The notes under the pieces were generated by a model. The model had not been told where the DNA came from, searched no databases, and saw only the letters and a list, made by a program, of their open reading frames with translations. The position numbers were made by a program, and so were the translations under genes. Of a stretch of 64,000 nucleotides of DNA, positions 60,590-64,000 are shown piece by piece (position 1 is the first letter of the stretch; every line of letters begins with the position of its first letter). The DNA is from Desulfobacterales bacterium (GTDB lineage Bacteria > Desulfobacterota > Desulfobacteria > Desulfobacterales > JAFDDL01), in the NCBI GenBank assembly GCA_034003325.1, contig JAVEYW010000005.1, positions 156,508 through 220,507 on the forward strand, written 5' to 3'.

Positions 60590-62989
60590 TCAGCCTGAAG
60601 CGCGCCAGAACGACGCCAAAGCCATCGCAATATCATTTTTGTTTTTTACTTGAATCGGGTGCCAATGTGCGGGAAGGAGCGAACGGTATTGCGATGTGGC
60701 ATAGCGTTCATCCATCAGCAGCACGGCGCCACGGTCTGTCTCGGATCGAATGACCCTGCCCGCTGCCTGAAGCACCCGGTTAATGCCCGGATAAAGGCTG
60801 GCGTATTCAAATCCGGTGCCGGCCAGGCGATTAAAATAGTCGCGGATCAAAGTGTTTTCCAGGGAGATGCCCGGAAGTCCCACCCCGATGATGACCGCGC
60901 CGGAGAGTCGTTCGCCTTCCAGGTCGATGCCTTCACCAAAAATGCCGCCCATGACCGCAAAGCCCGCCAATGGGCGGGTATTGTCTTTGGAAAACCTTTC
61001 CAGAAAAGCATTTCGATCCGATTCGCTCATGCCGGGTGCCTGAACAATTAATTCGGTTTCAGGGTAGGCGGCGGAAAATGCCTTGCGGGCCATGGTGAGG
61101 TACTCGTAGGAAGGGAAAAAAATCAAATGATTGCCGGGTGTTCCGGATATGATCGCATTGATCATGTGAATCAAGTCAGTTAGGCTTTCCTCCCGGCGCC
61201 GGTACCGCGTCGTAACGGTAGGCGCCATGAGAAGACAGAAATTGGCGCTGGGGAAAGGGGACGAAAGTGTTATGAAGCGGGCCTCATTGCCGCACCCGAA
61301 CAGATGTTTGAAGTAATTAGCCGGACTCAGGGTGGCGGAGAAGAAAACAACGGATTGGCAGCGGGCAAGTGCGGCTTTCATTTGCCGGGCGGGGTCCATG
61401 CAAAAGAGTTTCAGGCGAAGATCTTTTCCCATGGCCTCCGCGCAAGTTACATAGCAATCATCATAGCCTTCCAATATGTTCAAAAAAGCGCTCACCTCGA
61501 GGTAAACATCGAGCAGCTTTTCCCGAAATTCGGTGGCAATGTTCCGGGCCAGCCAGCGCTGTGTCTGGAAATGAAAGGCGGCCAAAAGCCCGGCAATTGT
61601 CATGGGCGCGTTTGGTTCCGCAAAGGCGCTGCCAGACGTCTCGCATTTTTTTCTGATCTTGACCAGCGCCGTGTTGATTTGTCCGAGTGTTTTATAGATG
61701 CTCGGCAAGTCGTTTTGAATTCGTTTTCTAAGATCAAGGAGGGATTGTTTCAGAATTTGTGCTGAAAACATTTCTCTTGAGCGGTTAACCAGGTTATGGG
61801 CTTCATCCACGAGAAAGGTGTAGGTGCCGCCGTTTTCCGCGAAAAACCGGCGCAAGTAAACTCGGGGATCAAAGGCATAATTATAATCGCAGATAATGAC
61901 ATCCGAAAACTGCGTAAGATCAAGCGAAAATTCAAAGGGGCAGATCCGGTACGCTCGGGCAACGTTCTCGACGGTCTTCCGGGTCAGCTGGTCGTGATCG
62001 GTGAATATGGCGACGGTGGCATCGCCGACCCGGTCAAAATGCCCCTTGGCATAGGGACATTCCTCTGCATTGCACGCTGATTCCGGACTGAAACATATTT
62101 TATCTTTAGCGGTCAGTGTCAGGGCTTTGATCCTCAGGCCCTGTTGTCCCAGAAAAACGATCGCTTTTTCAGCCACGGTTCTGGCTGTCGTGCGCGCGGT
62201 GAGATAGAAGAGCTTTTCAGTCAAATGGCTGCCGAGCGCTTTGATGGCAGGATAAAGAACGGCCATGGTTTTGCCGATACCGGTTGGCGCCTGAACCAGA
62301 AGTTGCTGTTTGTGCCGTATGGTCTTGAAAACCGCTACCGCCATCTCCCGCTGCCCTGGGCGAAACCCCGAAAAGGGAAACCCGAGGTTTTCGATGCTGT
62401 TATCCCGCAGCCTGCGCCAGGAGACCAATTGCATCGCCCATGCCAGATATTTTTCCACCAGCACGTGAAAGAAGCCGGATAAATCGTCAAGGGTAAACCG
62501 GCGCCGAATTTCCGCAACGCGGCCGGTGTCGAGCTGATAATACGTGAGCTGAATGTCGATTTGTTCCAGCTTGTTTGCGGTGGCGTAAATATAGGCATAA
62601 ACCTTGGCTTGCGCCCAGTGCAGCGGCTGATCGCTGCTTTCATACGCGCCCGGGTCATCGGTAGTGGTCTTGATCTCTTCGATCAGAACGAAGTTTTCGG
62701 AACCGCTATCCGTCGAGGTGAACGCATTGCCCTTGTAAACCCCATCGATGCGACCGCTGATTTCAAGAAGCAGCGCATCGGTTTCAAGAAGATGGGCAAC
62801 CGTGAGTTCCGCTTCATAACCGGGGGGACGGGATTTCTGAACTTTCTGATGCGCGCGAATTGCGTCAAGCGTTCGGCTGGCACCGGTAAAGGTCGAACTC
62901 AGGTCTCCGGAACGCAGCGTGTGCGCCACCAAGTCACGCACGGCAATTTGTAGTTTTTCCTTCAAATGGGATCTTTTGCTCTTCGACAA
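60590..62989 (-). CDS. PD-(D/E)xK nuclease domain fused to an XPD/DinG-family Fe-S helicase
   Basis: N-terminus: GRIDGV...LIEEIKT...QAKVYAY (D, ExK, QxxxY). Helicase: APTGIGKT, the four-Cys cluster CFSPESACNAEECPYAKGHF, DEAH-box (VDEAHNL) and a C-terminal helicase domain. No in-frame ATG near the 5' end; TTG 62989 is used by the track. Confidence 0.85.
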   Translation of the reverse strand: MSKSKRSHLKEKLQIAVRDLVAHTLRSGDLSSTFTGASRTLDAIRAHQKVQKSRPPGYEAELTVAHLLETDALLLEISGRIDGVYKGNAFTSTDSGSENFVLIEEIKTTTDDPGAYESSDQPLHWAQAKVYAYIYATANKLEQIDIQLTYYQLDTGRVAEIRRRFTLDDLSGFFHVLVEKYLAWAMQLVSWRRLRDNSIENLGFPFSGFRPGQREMAVAVFKTIRHKQQLLVQAPTGIGKTMAVLYPAIKALGSHLTEKLFYLTARTTARTVAEKAIVFLGQQGLRIKALTLTAKDKICFSPESACNAEECPYAKGHFDRVGDATVAIFTDHDQLTRKTVENVARAYRICPFEFSLDLTQFSDVIICDYNYAFDPRVYLRRFFAENGGTYTFLVDEAHNLVNRSREMFSAQILKQSLLDLRKRIQNDLPSIYKTLGQINTALVKIRKKCETSGSAFAEPNAPMTIAGLLAAFHFQTQRWLARNIATEFREKLLDVYLEVSAFLNILEGYDDCYVTCAEAMGKDLRLKLFCMDPARQMKAALARCQSVVFFSATLSPANYFKHLFGCGNEARFITLSSPFPSANFCLLMAPTVTTRYRRREESLTDLIHMINAIISGTPGNHLIFFPSYEYLTMARKAFSAAYPETELIVQAPGMSESDRNAFLERFSKDNTRPLAGFAVMGGIFGEGIDLEGERLSGAVIIGVGLPGISLENTLIRDYFNRLAGTGFEYASLYPGINRVLQAAGRVIRSETDRGAVLLMDERYATSQYRSLLPAHWHPIQVKNKNDIAMALASFWRASG

Positions 62990-63001
62990 GAAAATCTTTG
63001 T

Positions 63002-63739
63002 CTAGAACACCTTTTGAATCGTTTCCCTGGGCGCGTTCAGGCGTTGCTCTTGTTTTGCCTGCTCCTTTTCGAGAAGAGATTGAATATTTCCGTTGAAATA
63101 AAAGCCGAAATGAAACTCGGGGGTGCCGATTCGCGTTTTGGTTTCCGATACGATTAGATAATCATCGCTTTGTTGCCAATAATAGGATTGCCCTTTTCCA
63201 TTCGCCCATTCAATGGTGTGGGGAACGCCGTATTTTTCTTTCAAGGTGGAAAGGAATTCAAATCCCTCCTGCGTGGTCCGGATATAGAAGAAAAGCGGTT
63301 TTCCGGTATCCGATGCGAAAATCAGGCGAACAAAATCCAGGGGGGTGTTTTTTTTACGGGCGTACCGGTAGGTCAGCCTTATCGCGTCATATTCCACTCG
63401 TCCCCGGGGCAGATAATTGAGTTGGCGGTTCAGGGTGTTGATTTCTGGAAAGTAAGCCGCCAAGAATCCGGAATCGTGCATTTCCAGATTAATTGTTGTT
63501 CGGGTTGCATAGGCTTCGGGGCCGAGTTCGCTTTTCAGAGATTCTCGTCGCTCATTTGTGATTCGGGTTTGGTTGTTCATGTTTAAAAAGCTGAGCCCTG
63601 CGGATTCCAAGCCGGGCGCCGGCGCTTCGGTTGGCTGTTTGTTTTTAGCCGGCGAGCGCAGAAAGACGACTGTGAGCGCGACAGCGCAAATTCCTATTGC
63701 CACGAAAACAAGGCTCAATTTTTTTTTTGACATATTCAT
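63002..63739 (-). CDS. Hypothetical membrane-anchored/secreted protein (245 aa)
   Basis: N-terminal hydrophobic anchor LSLVFVAIGICAVALTVVFL. No motif recognised. Confidence 0.5.
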   Translation of the reverse strand: MNMSKKKLSLVFVAIGICAVALTVVFLRSPAKNKQPTEAPAPGLESAGLSFLNMNNQTRITNERRESLKSELGPEAYATRTTINLEMHDSGFLAAYFPEINTLNRQLNYLPRGRVEYDAIRLTYRYARKKNTPLDFVRLIFASDTGKPLFFYIRTTQEGFEFLSTLKEKYGVPHTIEWANGKGQSYYWQQSDDYLIVSETKTRIGTPEFHFGFYFNGNIQSLLEKEQAKQEQRLNAPRETIQKVF

Positions 63740-63914
63740 TTGTAATTGTCCGAAACAAGTTCAACGGGTTCAGGAGATGAATAGAATTTTAAGATATGCT
63801 AAAGATCAAGATCCTGCAAGTATCCTTTTGACCGCGCCCGCATTTCGATGCTTCAAGGCCTTTGGGGCATGGTTATCCCGGTTATTTGGCAGAACCATAC
63901 CCAATAGCTTATTA

Positions 63915-63998
63915 TTATTCAGGAAAGCTGATTGAGAGCTTATCGTGACCGTCTTCGGACTTAATTTTGATGCCCAGATCAATGCTGCTATCGCGAAT
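63915..63998 (-). CDS. Possible 3' end of a CDS entering from the right edge (...IRDSSIDLGIKIKSEDGHDKLSISFPE*)
   Basis: Minus-strand frame open from the window edge to TAA (rc of 63915-63917). A second frame is also open for ~63 codons, so the assignment is uncertain. Confidence 0.2.
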   Translation of the reverse strand: MRDSSIDLGIKIKSEDGHDKLSISFPE

Positions 63999-64000
63999 GC

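Noticed and set aside
63558-63935. 125-aa plus-strand ORF at the right end.
   Set aside because: It overlaps the 5' end of the better-supported minus-strand gene at 63002-63739. It has a low-complexity Arg/Lys-rich translation and no RBS.

Overview
This is a 64-kb chromosomal window of roughly 50% GC. The gene content looks like a sulfate-reducing Desulfobacterota (Desulfobacterales-like) genome, but that is inference only. I support about 55 protein-coding genes and saw no rRNA, tRNA or CRISPR array by eye.

Layout:
- 0.4-1.1 kb: a small Nif11-like Cys-tailed peptide gene plus a partner gene.
- 1.4-3.3 kb: a methyl-accepting chemotaxis protein.
- 3.4-14.3 kb: a phosphate block with phoR-phoB, phoU, pstC-pstA-pstS-pstB (unusual order) and a porin.
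- 14.8-20.7 kb: a PHP-glycosyltransferase fusion, a radical SAM/SPASM enzyme with a small coupled ORF, and an EAL-CBS-GGDEF protein.
- 21.0-27.6 kb: a P2-type ATPase cluster with three HMA2-like domains, a DUF5132-like protein and a motif-degenerate MetK paralog.
- 27.8-31.4 kb: an OlsF-like bifunctional acyltransferase and PIN-PhoH.
- 32.1-36.6 kb: a tightly coupled operon of an unrecognisable 806-aa protein, a phosphatidylserine-decarboxylase-like protein and an Lgt-like membrane protein.
- 37.2-38.2 kb: two amphi-Trp-like small proteins flanking a frameshifted gene.
- 38.4-42.1 kb: a NOX/FRE-like flavocytochrome, YceI and a secreted MsrA-MsrB.
- 44.9-57.5 kb: a BNR / RND-MMPL / DUF1302 / DUF1329 envelope module plus an orphan CoxIII/CoxIV-like operon, bracketed by inverted GntR paralogs.
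- 57.5-64 kb: TatT-like, rhomboid, PilZ, an internally duplicated protein and a nuclease-XPD/DinG helicase fusion.

Superimposed on the genes are two families of structured intergenic repeats. One is a roughly 110-nt three-hairpin element present in 7 copies. The other is a 207-bp MITE-like element with 15-bp terminal inverted repeats, present in 3 copies, two of which bracket the porin gene in inverted orientation. There are also a heptamer microsatellite inside the pst operon, a candidate Pho box and a recurrent promoter-proximal motif.

The most interesting candidates for undescribed biology are the 806-aa/PSD/Lgt operon, the HMA2/DUF5132/ATPase/MetK-like cluster, the PHP-GT4 fusion with its radical SAM neighbour (possibly phosphate-starvation lipid remodelling), and the 110-nt element family. 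All functional calls come from reading motifs by eye. No database search was run.
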